Of a stretch of DNA of 64,000 nt, positions 14,473 through 23,152 are shown piece by piece (the stretch's first letter is position 1; the number at the start of each line of letters is the position of its first letter). Origin of the DNA: Bdellovibrionales bacterium (GTDB lineage Bacteria > Bdellovibrionota > Bdellovibrionia > Bdellovibrionales > UBA1609); NCBI GenBank assembly GCA_965261545.1, contig CBDHDF010000006.1:128001-192000 (forward strand). Reading direction: 5' to 3'. Under the pieces are notes generated by a model. That model was not told the DNA's origin. It worked only from the letters and a program-made list of their open reading frames with translations, and did not search any database. The position numbers and the translations under genes are program-made.

Positions 14473-16911
14473 CTAAAGTTTATTGATCAAAACAGGGCGG
14501 GGCTTGCTTCCTTGAGCGCGACCAACAACACCTTCTTTTTCAAAAATCTCAATCATACGGGCGGCCCGTGGATAGCCCAATCTAAACTTTCTTTGCAGCA
14601 GTGAAGCGCTGATTTCTTTAAGGTTGGCGATCTCGGCCAGTATTTCATCATATCTTTCATCAAATTCATTTTCTTCTTCAGCGTCTTCTTCCCAGGGCTC
14701 GTTCGTATTCTCGCCATTTAAATCAAAGCCACCCCCTGAACCATTGAGTATTTTCATGGCCAATTCATCAAATTTTGGTTCTCCTTGGGCTCGCCAGTAA
14801 CTTGTAAGGCCATCAATTTCTGAATCACTTAGCCAGGGGCCATGGTGCCTGAGAGGCTTGGGAATTCCAGGTGCTACAAACAACATATCCCCACGGGTGA
14901 GCAATCTTTCGGCCCCACTTTCATCGAGAATAATCCTCGAATCCATTTTACTGGCGACTTTAAAACTAATGCGGCCGGGAATATTGGTTTTGATAAGACC
15001 TGTGACAACATCCCTGCGAGGGCTTTGCATGGCCAATACAAGGTGGATTCCACAAGCACGAGCCATTTGTGCGAGTCTGACCACGGCTTGTTCCACATTG
15101 GATTTGTCCACCGCCATCAAGTCACCAAACTCTTCAACGACCACAATGATATAAGGTTGGACCGTGTAGTAGTAAGTTTGCCCCTTCTTTGTGGTTTCAC
15201 ATGTCTCGTTGTACTCTTCGTGTTCAGCAATCTCCTCACTGCTTAGGTCTTCGATTTTCTCATTAAAAGATTCAAGTCCCCTGGATCCAAATTTGGACAT
15301 AGATCGGTAGCGTTTATCCATCTCCTTAATGGCCCACTTAAGAGCACTCACAGCTTTTTTAGCGTCGCGAATAGGGGGCATCAACAGGTGAGGTATGCCA
15401 TTAAAAGCCGCTAAATCAACTTGCTTAGGATCCACGAGAATCATTCTCAAAGTTTGTGGTGAGTGTTTAAATAAGAGTCCTGATAACATGGAAACTGTAA
15501 ATACAGATTTTCCTGAACCTGTAGAGCCCGCCACCAACAAGTGGGGCATTTTTCTTAAATCGACAACTTTGGCTCTTCCATTAACTTCGCTACCAAGGGC
15601 AATGGGCAGTTTCATTTGCTCAGACCAAAAGGTATCACTTAATAAAATATTTTTCAGATAAACAGTTTCTCGGATTTTATTTGACGTTTCAACCCCCACA
15701 ACGCCTCGCCCTGGTATGGGAGCAATAATTCGTACGGACTCACTGCTTAGCGCTAAAGATAAGTCATCAGCAAGGTCCGTAATTTTACTGATTTTCACAT
15801 CCACATTTGGTTTAAATTCAAACATAGTGACTGCGGGGCCGGGAAGAATTTCTTCAATTTTTCCTCGTACGGAAAATTGCTCAAGCTTATTTAATAAAAG
15901 ATGGGCTTTGTCTTGTATTTCTTTCTCGCTCACCTTTTCACGAATGATGGGAGGGTCTTCCAGTAACGAGAGATTGGGTAATTCCCAGTTTGTAATGCTT
16001 TCTTGGCCTCTATGTCTTCCTATGGATTTGATCCAAAAATTTCTTTGGGATGTGTCTTTCTCAAGGGAAGTATTTTTTAAACTCTTTTCTGACCCACTTG
16101 CCCCCCCACCCATATGAAAAAGCTTTAATTCTCGGTTTTTTTTCTTATCCCCTATTAAAAAGTTTGTCGCGAAACCCTTGGGATTTGATGGGGAGGCCAC
16201 AGGGAAAGAAGAGAGTTTTTTCTCTTCCGACATTGAGTTCCAAGAGCCTACCAAAATTTTCTCTGGAAAAGTCAAAAATTTTTCCCAAAGCCACTGCACG
16301 CCATCTTTGATCTCTGTCCCCAAGGAACTTGCTTTGCGAATGAAGAGGCTTGATATAAAATGGGCCCATAGGCAGCAAAAGATCCGGTGTGGACCATGCA
16401 GGATATCCATCACTGATCTTTTTGTCAAAAAGACCACAAACAATAAAGATAAAGTCCAAAGTACAATAGAGGCACCTATGGGGTTAAAAAGGTGGATCAT
16501 ATAACTTGTCACAAGTTCACCCACAACCCCCCCTAAACTCATTTGCCCCTCAAAGAGCTTAAACTCAGGCCAGTAAAGCACTCCTAAAAAAGAAGCCATA
16601 AGGATCAAAGAAATAAGCCATATCCCATTGATATATTGAGTTTCGGTTTTTCCTCTTATGAAGCTCGCTCCGATGAGAATCGTTCCTAAAATCAAGGCCC
16701 AAGCTCCCAGTCCAAAGAACTGACAAAGGAGGTCGGCTGCAAATGAACCTATGTATCCACAATAATTCTGAACATTTAGACCTCTTCCTGTGGAATTAAA
16801 GGAGGGATCTGAAGGGTAGTAACTCACAAAGGCGAGGGTCATAAAGATTCCCATGGACAACCAAGTCAGTCCGATGATATCTTTGCGAAACTGAAAAAAT
16901 AACTGTTTCAT
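14473..16911 (-). CDS. ftsK: DNA translocase FtsK
   Basis: 4TM N-terminus, HLLVAGSTGSGKS Walker A, RLAQMARACGIHL, gamma domain SASLLQRKFRLGYPRAAR. Confidence 0.96.
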   Translation of the reverse strand: MKQLFFQFRKDIIGLTWLSMGIFMTLAFVSYYPSDPSFNSTGRGLNVQNYCGYIGSFAADLLCQFFGLGAWALILGTILIGASFIRGKTETQYINGIWLISLILMASFLGVLYWPEFKLFEGQMSLGGVVGELVTSYMIHLFNPIGASIVLWTLSLLFVVFLTKRSVMDILHGPHRIFCCLWAHFISSLFIRKASSLGTEIKDGVQWLWEKFLTFPEKILVGSWNSMSEEKKLSSFPVASPSNPKGFATNFLIGDKKKNRELKLFHMGGGASGSEKSLKNTSLEKDTSQRNFWIKSIGRHRGQESITNWELPNLSLLEDPPIIREKVSEKEIQDKAHLLLNKLEQFSVRGKIEEILPGPAVTMFEFKPNVDVKISKITDLADDLSLALSSESVRIIAPIPGRGVVGVETSNKIRETVYLKNILLSDTFWSEQMKLPIALGSEVNGRAKVVDLRKMPHLLVAGSTGSGKSVFTVSMLSGLLFKHSPQTLRMILVDPKQVDLAAFNGIPHLLMPPIRDAKKAVSALKWAIKEMDKRYRSMSKFGSRGLESFNEKIEDLSSEEIAEHEEYNETCETTKKGQTYYYTVQPYIIVVVEEFGDLMAVDKSNVEQAVVRLAQMARACGIHLVLAMQSPRRDVVTGLIKTNIPGRISFKVASKMDSRIILDESGAERLLTRGDMLFVAPGIPKPLRHHGPWLSDSEIDGLTSYWRAQGEPKFDELAMKILNGSGGGFDLNGENTNEPWEEDAEEENEFDERYDEILAEIANLKEISASLLQRKFRLGYPRAARMIEIFEKEGVVGRAQGSKPRPVLINKL

Positions 16912-17028
16912 TACAATAGTTTATGTAAATTCCTCTCCAGAGAGTAGGCTATAAAAGTCCAGTTTTCCAGAAGAGCCTCTCCAACTCCTCGGTGGGTGGA
17001 AGTGTTATGGAAATGTTAAAAATAGTGG

Positions 17029-17685
17029 ATGGAAATGCTAAAAATTAATGAAATTTTTTTTAGTATTCAAGGTGAGTCAAGCTGGGCAGGTGTTCCCACT
17101 GTCTTTGTTCGAACATCGGGTTGCCACCTGCGCTGCCATTATTGCGATACAACATACGCCTACTATGACGGCAAGAAAATGACAGTGGTTGAGATTATTC
17201 AACACATCAAAACATATTCTACGGATTACATTTGTGTGACTGGCGGGGAGCCCCTGCTTCAAAAAAAGAGCCTCACCTTAATGCGTCAACTTTGTGATGA
17301 GGGTTTTCATGTCTCTCTGGAAACCAGTGGGGACCTCAGCTGCATTCATGTTGACCCTAGGGTCAAAAAGATCATCGACATAAAAACTCCCCACAGTGGC
17401 GCTGCTGGACGTTTTCACAATGATAATTTACCACTTCCTCAGGGGCAAAGTGATTCCAACACAGAGTTTAAGTTTGTTATATGCACGGAAGATGATTTTG
17501 TGTGGAGCGAAAAATTTTGCCAAAAGCACAATCTTTTTGATTATAATATTATTTTATATAGTCCATCATTTGAAAGCATCCATGAAAGTTGGCTCGCTGA
17601 ACAAATCCTTAGTAAAAAATCAAAAGCACGGTTGCAATTACAATTACATAAGTATATTTGGTCTAAGGAGCAGCGTGGAGTTTAG
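17029..17685 (+). CDS. queE: 7-carboxy-7-deazaguanine synthase (radical SAM)
   Basis: EIFFSIQGE, CHLRCHYCDT, TGGEP, QLQLHKYIW. Confidence 0.92.
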   Translation: MEMLKINEIFFSIQGESSWAGVPTVFVRTSGCHLRCHYCDTTYAYYDGKKMTVVEIIQHIKTYSTDYICVTGGEPLLQKKSLTLMRQLCDEGFHVSLETSGDLSCIHVDPRVKKIIDIKTPHSGAAGRFHNDNLPLPQGQSDSNTEFKFVICTEDDFVWSEKFCQKHNLFDYNIILYSPSFESIHESWLAEQILSKKSKARLQLQLHKYIWSKEQRGV

Positions 17686-17760
17686 AAACACTGTGACTGC
17701 TGCCATCTCTTGCTTTGCAACAAAGCCAAGTTGAGACATAAGAATAAAGAGGAGGGGGAA

Positions 17761-18078
17761 GTGCACAGTGCAGATTTTAGCCAATCAGACCACCTTATGG
17801 TTGCAAATTTAAGATTAGTGAGTTTAGAGAAATTAGTTCAAAGCAAGCTGAAGGTTTTTTTCCGTCAACAGAGGGAAGCCCAGGTTGAATTGAGTGATTT
17901 GTACAATATTATTATTGAGCAGGTTGAAAAGCCTCTCATAGAGCTTTCCTTAGAAGCCCAAAGTGGAAACCAAGTTAAAACCGCAAAAATGCTCGGTATG
18001 AATCGAAATACATTAAAAAAGAAAATAGATACCCATAAAATTAAAATTAATAATAACAACAAAAATAAGAAGAAATGA
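17761..18078 (+). CDS. fis: Fis-family HTH DNA-binding protein
   Basis: LYNIIIEQVEKPLI, GNQVKTAKMLGMNRNTLKKK; GTG 17761 follows GAGGAGG (alternative ATG 17797). Confidence 0.85.
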   Translation: MHSADFSQSDHLMVANLRLVSLEKLVQSKLKVFFRQQREAQVELSDLYNIIIEQVEKPLIELSLEAQSGNQVKTAKMLGMNRNTLKKKIDTHKIKINNNNKNKKK

Positions 18079-18118
18079 GAAGAGATAAAAAGATTTTATA
18101 GAGTCATTGTAGAAAAAA

Positions 18119-19618
18119 ATGAATCGTATACCACCACAAAATTTAGCTGCAGAAAAATCTATCCTTGGGGGCTTGATGCTTGCGCCTGAGGCATGGGATG
18201 AAATATCCGACCTTCTTGAAGCTGAGGACTTCTATAGTCCTGCACATAAGTTGATTTATGCTTCTATTTCAATCCTTGGTCAGAAGGGGCAGCCCAGTGA
18301 TCTTATCACTATTTCCAACCATCTTGTGGAGCAAAAGAAACTTGATTCCGTTGGAGGCCCAAGCTACCTAGCAGAAATTTTGGATGAAACACCATCAACG
18401 GTGAATATTCTTGCCTACGCTAAGATTGTGAGAGAAAAATCTCTCTTGCGTCGAGTTATTCACGCCGGTCAGGGCTTTGTGGAAAAAGCTTTTTCCCAAG
18501 ACTTTGAAAGTTTGGATGGCTTTTTAGATGAGTGCGAATCAAAAATATTTGCTGTGGCAGAGCAACAGTCCACAGGGGTTCTGACACCATCTAGTGAAAT
18601 TATCAAAAAAAGTATCGAGAAATTAGAAGCCCTCTATGCTCTCAAGGGCGACCTGACAGGCATTCCATCTGGCTTCTTAGAGCTCGACCAAATGTCTGCA
18701 GGATTTCAAGCAGGTGAACTTGTCATTGTCGCAGCTAGACCCTCCATGGGAAAGACCGCATTTAGCCTCAATATTCTCCTCCATACAGCCCTAAAAGCTA
18801 AGAAGAAAATTGCTTACTTTTCTGTGGAGATGTCCAAGGAGGCGGTAATGACGCGTCTTCTAGGCAATGAGGCTCAAATACCGCTCTCCCATATGAGGAC
18901 AGGGCAAATCAGAGATTATGATTGGCCTCGACTCATCAATGCCGCCGCCACCATCAGTGAGGGTTCTATTTTCATCGATGATAGTGCGGATCTCAGCCCT
19001 TTTGATGTTCGAGCCAAAGCTCGGCGGATGAAATCCAAACATGGGTTGGACATGATTATCATCGACTACCTTCAACTCATGGCCCTTAAAACAAAGGTAG
19101 AAAGCCGTGAGCGAGAGGTCTCGGAAATTTCGAGAACCCTTAAGGCCATTTCTAAAGAGCTACAGATTCCCGTCATAGCATTGGCCCAGTTGAATCGCGG
19201 TGTAGAGGGGCGCTCCAATAGGCGTCCCATGCTATCTGATCTCCGTGAGTCTGGCTCCATTGAGCAAGATGCCGATGTGATTATGATGCTCTATCGGGAA
19301 GACTACTACGATCGGGATAATCCAGAAATTCAGGGGATGGCAGAAGTCATTATTGGAAAGCAGCGAAATGGCCCCACCGGCACTGTCAAGCTACAGTGGG
19401 TTCCCGAACTGGGACTTTTTCTCAATAATATAGAAAATCAAGCTCCTCTTCCTGATGTGTCCCCGCCTAATAATGTACCACCTCCGCTTTCGGAGCCACT
19501 GAATGGTGGCCCTCCTTCTCCTGCTGATATACCCCCATCTTCAGGAAATCGTAAATCTCTTAAAAATTTTGCTCTTCCCGCTGGAGCCGAGCGCCCGTCC
19601 GTTGGTCCTGAAACTTGA
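18119..19618 (+). CDS. dnaB: replicative DNA helicase with Pro-rich C-terminal tail
   Basis: AARPSMGKT, IIDYLQLM, SDLRESGSIEQDAD, KQRNGPTG. Confidence 0.97.
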   Translation: MNRIPPQNLAAEKSILGGLMLAPEAWDEISDLLEAEDFYSPAHKLIYASISILGQKGQPSDLITISNHLVEQKKLDSVGGPSYLAEILDETPSTVNILAYAKIVREKSLLRRVIHAGQGFVEKAFSQDFESLDGFLDECESKIFAVAEQQSTGVLTPSSEIIKKSIEKLEALYALKGDLTGIPSGFLELDQMSAGFQAGELVIVAARPSMGKTAFSLNILLHTALKAKKKIAYFSVEMSKEAVMTRLLGNEAQIPLSHMRTGQIRDYDWPRLINAAATISEGSIFIDDSADLSPFDVRAKARRMKSKHGLDMIIIDYLQLMALKTKVESREREVSEISRTLKAISKELQIPVIALAQLNRGVEGRSNRRPMLSDLRESGSIEQDADVIMMLYREDYYDRDNPEIQGMAEVIIGKQRNGPTGTVKLQWVPELGLFLNNIENQAPLPDVSPPNNVPPPLSEPLNGGPPSPADIPPSSGNRKSLKNFALPAGAERPSVGPET

Positions 19619-19696
19619 ATATCCTTATTTACATTACCAAAAGCTGTGATTTAATAGAGCTGAGTCATATTTGTATATCCATGGAGGGAGAACAAA

Positions 19697-19930
19697 ATGG
19701 AATCAGCATCAGAAGATTTACTAGAGTCACTGGTGAATGGAACGGGGCTTCCGCCAGAGCCCATAAAAAGGGAGTTAAACCAACTGATTGACAGGCTTGG
19801 GATGAAAAAAGATGAGCTTAGTCTAGAACAGATTCGCCAACTCGTCACACTATACTTGAAAGATGTTATGCTTCGAGTCCCCTCATCACATCTTGAGCCT
19901 GCATTTACGCCTCAAGAGAGGCTGAATTAG
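19697..19930 (+). CDS. small hypothetical protein
   Basis: 77-aa ORF with GGAGG RBS, TGLP motif, converging on rplI. Confidence 0.6.
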   Translation: MESASEDLLESLVNGTGLPPEPIKRELNQLIDRLGMKKDELSLEQIRQLVTLYLKDVMLRVPSSHLEPAFTPQERLN

Positions 19931-20367
19931 GTGGCTTTTTCCACAGACACGGTGACCTTCGCTTCCAACTCTCCCACTTTGATGAGGGCTTGAAATTCAC
20001 CTAGCATTTTTAAAGGTTCCACATGGATGTCCTTTTTGTCGATTTCGTGCCCCTGTTGAGCGAGTTTCTTAGAAATATCTTGAGTTGTCACCGATCCAAA
20101 TAGAGTCCCTGTATCACTGGCTTGGGCTTGAAAGGAAAGTCTGGTGCCATCTACTTTTTCAAGCACAGTTTGCCTTTCTTGGTGAGCCTTTTTCTTTTGA
20201 ATCTCAGCTATTTTCTGTAAGTGAGTCCATTCTTTCATGCGTTTTTCTGTGGCCTCAACGGCAAGTTTTCGTGGAAACAGCAAATTTCTTGCAAAACCAG
20301 GGGTGACACTGACAACTTCACCCACTTTTCCCAAATCTATAACATCTTTTTTTAAAATAACTTTCAT
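19927..20367 (-). CDS. rplI: 50S ribosomal protein L9
   Basis: MKVILKKDV.DLGK.G..V.V.PGFARN.LFP, GTLFGSVT. Confidence 0.97.
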   Translation of the reverse strand: MKVILKKDVIDLGKVGEVVSVTPGFARNLLFPRKLAVEATEKRMKEWTHLQKIAEIQKKKAHQERQTVLEKVDGTRLSFQAQASDTGTLFGSVTTQDISKKLAQQGHEIDKKDIHVEPLKMLGEFQALIKVGELEAKVTVSVEKAT

Positions 20368-21263
20368 GGTCCTCTCCGTTTGTCGATTTGAATAAATCTT
20401 TTTATAAAATCTCCTCTAAAGTGAATCCAATAATCAAGCACCCCAATAAGGCTCAGTAAAAAAGGGAGGTAGAGAATCAATAGGAGGGTGATAGTCACTC
20501 TCCAGAAGATTGAGAGGCGAAACACATGAAAATATTTCAAGATAACAGCTAAGCCTTGAAAAAAATAGGCCAGTGTTGAAACATACAAGACATTTACTGA
20601 AATTTTCCATACCAAAGGAGCATTTTCCTTCATGAAGGATCCCAACAAGGAGAAAATAAAGAACCAGATGACAAACTCTGGAACTTGAAAGCCAATGAGA
20701 GATCTTCTAAATGGGATCCTTACATGCATCCAGTTGGACACTTTTTTTTCAAAAAGAAGAGATACCACCAAAGATAAAATCGATAAGAAAATAACCATGG
20801 ATGGGACATAGATTAAAATATCCGTCTGATTTAACATCTTCAAAGTTTCTTGGGGCCACTGGACCTGTTGAATCCCCTTATCCAAATAAATCTGGACTTT
20901 GTCCACAAAGGAAAAGCCAGAGTAGAGGGCCCATAACCAAGTGCTAAGAAAAGACAAGCTCAAACAAGAGCCAACAGCAAAAGTTATGGCAGTGAAATAA
21001 GTGTGGCCATAGAGCAAAGCTTCATTGTTGAGTCCTACCATAAGACTGAGAATGGCAAAAACAAAACCAAGTTCAACAAAGCCCAGTTGAATAATAACGA
21101 GAGCGGTAAGCATGTAGCATAAATAATACAGCCCCCCCCCAAGTGTCTGCCGAGAAATATGCATGGGCACAGCTCCCAATACAATGGTGATAGCACCTGC
21201 TGTTAGAAGTACAGACCAAAGAATGCAAAGAAACTCTTTAATCAGTTTTGTCACTTTTATCAC
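20364..21263 (-). CDS. DUF2232 (YybS-like) membrane protein
   Basis: Polytopic hydrophobic protein with YFFQGLAV and IGVLDYWIHFR, in its usual position before rplI. Confidence 0.8.
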   Translation of the reverse strand: MIKVTKLIKEFLCILWSVLLTAGAITIVLGAVPMHISRQTLGGGLYYLCYMLTALVIIQLGFVELGFVFAILSLMVGLNNEALLYGHTYFTAITFAVGSCLSLSFLSTWLWALYSGFSFVDKVQIYLDKGIQQVQWPQETLKMLNQTDILIYVPSMVIFLSILSLVVSLLFEKKVSNWMHVRIPFRRSLIGFQVPEFVIWFFIFSLLGSFMKENAPLVWKISVNVLYVSTLAYFFQGLAVILKYFHVFRLSIFWRVTITLLLILYLPFLLSLIGVLDYWIHFRGDFIKRFIQIDKRRGP

Positions 21264-22035
21264 TCATGGCTTGGCCACTCTGGCCACCGGCATCGTTATC
21301 CTTTGAATCACTCACGGCTTTATCGCTTTGGTCACCCCCAGTTTTGTCAGGGGAGCCGGGGATATGATCTCTAGTTTTGGCTTTGTGAACAAGACCTTTG
21401 TCCACGGTGGACCTATCATTGGAGTCTCTTCTTGGCTTATCATCGGAAGTTCTTCTTGGCCTATCATCGGAAGTTCTGCTTGGCTTATCATCGGAAGTTC
21501 TGCTTGGCTTATCATCGGAAGTTCTTCTTGGCCTATCATCGGAATCTCTTCTTGGATTATCAGCGGCTCCCTTTTGGTGAAAAGATCCTCGGTCTCGGCG
21601 AAAGGGCTTTGATCCTTTGGCTTGATTCTTGCGAGCCTGAGCCTTAGCCTCTCTCTCTTGATCTCGAATTCGGGAGGTCTCAATAACTTCTCTATATTTC
21701 TCTAAGTGCTCCCCGACGCTTTTTCGAGTATCCAATCGTTGGTGAAAAAAGCGCAATACCTGATCGCTGATACGCATCGTTCTTTCCAGCTCTTGTATGC
21801 ACTCTGCCTTTGCAGTAAAGGTGCAGTGAAAATAAATACCCATTTTCACCTTATCAATGGGGTTGCCAAGTCGGCGTTTTCCCCAAGTATCAATGTGGTT
21901 GATTTCACCTAAGAACTTCTGGATGATTTCTTTGTTTTTTCTAAATAAATTCCTTTGGCCGTCCTCACTGGTGTCAGGGTGCATAATAACAACTGACTCA
22001 TAATTGCGAACGGGTCTTTCAACATTAAGTTCCAT
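21238..22035 (-). CDS. rpsF: 30S ribosomal protein S6 with long charged repetitive C-terminal extension
   Basis: RNYESVVIMHPD, DTWGKRRLGNPI.K, ELERTMRISDQVLRF; ATG at 22035 with AAAGGA RBS. Confidence 0.93.
   Translation of the reverse strand: MELNVERPVRNYESVVIMHPDTSEDGQRNLFRKNKEIIQKFLGEINHIDTWGKRRLGNPIDKVKMGIYFHCTFTAKAECIQELERTMRISDQVLRFFHQRLDTRKSVGEHLEKYREVIETSRIRDQEREAKAQARKNQAKGSKPFRRDRGSFHQKGAADNPRRDSDDRPRRTSDDKPSRTSDDKPSRTSDDRPRRTSDDKPRRDSNDRSTVDKGLVHKAKTRDHIPGSPDKTGGDQSDKAVSDSKDNDAGGQSGQAMSDKSDKTD
21412..21566 (-). repeat. in-frame 24-bp tandem repeat x6.5 in rpsF, encoding (P-R/S-R-T/D-S-D/N-D-R/K)n
   Basis: Units C(C/T)TATCATCGGAAGTTCT(T/G)CTTGG start at 21412, 21436, 21460, 21484, 21508, 21532, partial 21556. 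Confidence 0.95.
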
Positions 22036-22037
22036 AT

Positions 22038-22108
22038 GATTCCTTTCGGTTTTTAGCCCCCTATGGCCTGGCTCATACATGGCCTACCTACACAAGGAGC
22101 AAGGATGT
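22038..22108 (-). promoter_or_regulatory. putative S6:S18 ribosomal protein leader RNA
   Basis: Minus strand reads TCCTTGCTC...GAGCCAGGCC...GCTAAAACCGAAAGGA: 5' TCCTT can pair with the SD AAGGA and a CCG sits just 5' of the SD. Confidence 0.6.
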
Positions 22109-22192
22109 TAACTTCCTGATCTAACATGCCGCGCCCCTAGGCTCAAGCCCTAGGAACCGTCTTTTTTATCTTTTTCAATTCTTATCTAAAAT

Positions 22193-22951
22193 TTGATACA
22201 CTATGTGATAAGTATGAATGTCACTCCCTATCTCTATATTATCGCAGGCCCCCTGAAAGGCTCAAAAATTCGCCTACGACCTAGTCTAACCCTGGGAAGA
22301 AAGAAGGCCAATATCAATCTTAAGGACTCCAAAGTTTCCAGCCTTCATGCTCAGATTTCAAGGGATACTGAGGGGCAATGGTGCATTGAAGATATGGGTT
22401 CACGCAATGGAATCTACCAAAATGGAATTCGCTACAAAAAAGTGATTCTCAAAGAAAAAAAACCAATTTTTATTGGAGATAACCTTTTTGTTCTAAAGTA
22501 CAAACCAACAAAAAAAGAAGACCATAATAAGAGGGAGGCCAAAGGCGAAAAATCTCTCCAGGTCCCTCAGCAAGCACCATGGGAAAAGAGGCTGCTAAAA
22601 TTTTGCAATGATTTGAGACTCAATGCAAAAAATATTCCTTGCTCAATACATCCCTTTCATCCGGCAATAATGCTAAGCATTATCAGCGGGATTCAAGCAG
22701 AGACGCAGTGGTATATAGGGTATGGTCCTCGAGTGTTAGGAGCCCGCTCCTTGGATTTTAAGCTTTTTGAACCGAACCTGCCAGATTATAGTTTTAAACT
22801 TAGCTCTAAAAAGCAGAAGGCTGTATTTAAGACTGAACAGCCCCATATTGTTAAACTCAATGGATACTCTATTTCTTCGGCCTCCTTAAGTCATGGAGAT
22901 ATTATCTCCATTAGCGAGACAAGAATCCAAGTGAGCTTCTTAAGTGTCTAA
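22193..22951 (+). CDS. FHA domain-containing protein (second degenerate FHA-like domain at C-terminus)
   Basis: TLGR, VSSLHAQI, IEDMGSRNGIY; C-terminal VKLNG...LSHGDIISI. Confidence 0.85.
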   Translation: MIHYVISMNVTPYLYIIAGPLKGSKIRLRPSLTLGRKKANINLKDSKVSSLHAQISRDTEGQWCIEDMGSRNGIYQNGIRYKKVILKEKKPIFIGDNLFVLKYKPTKKEDHNKREAKGEKSLQVPQQAPWEKRLLKFCNDLRLNAKNIPCSIHPFHPAIMLSIISGIQAETQWYIGYGPRVLGARSLDFKLFEPNLPDYSFKLSSKKQKAVFKTEQPHIVKLNGYSISSASLSHGDIISISETRIQVSFLSV

Positions 22952-23152
22952 TTTTTTTGTCATAATTACAAAGTTCTTTTAAAACTCCATCTTTAAATTG
23001 ACATATTTCACAGGCATTGTTACCGGGTATTCCTAGTTCAAGGTTCAAGTCTAAGTCAGTTTCTGTTTTAGGACAAAATGCATGAGTGAGATATTGCAGC
23101 CCAGCATGAGCCGCTATAGTTCAAGCAAGTGGAGAAACTAAGGAGAAAATCA

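Noticed and set aside
16920..17028. preQ1 riboswitch upstream of queE
   Set aside because: No convincing AGAGG/CCTCT stem with the conserved loop and A-rich tail in the right order.
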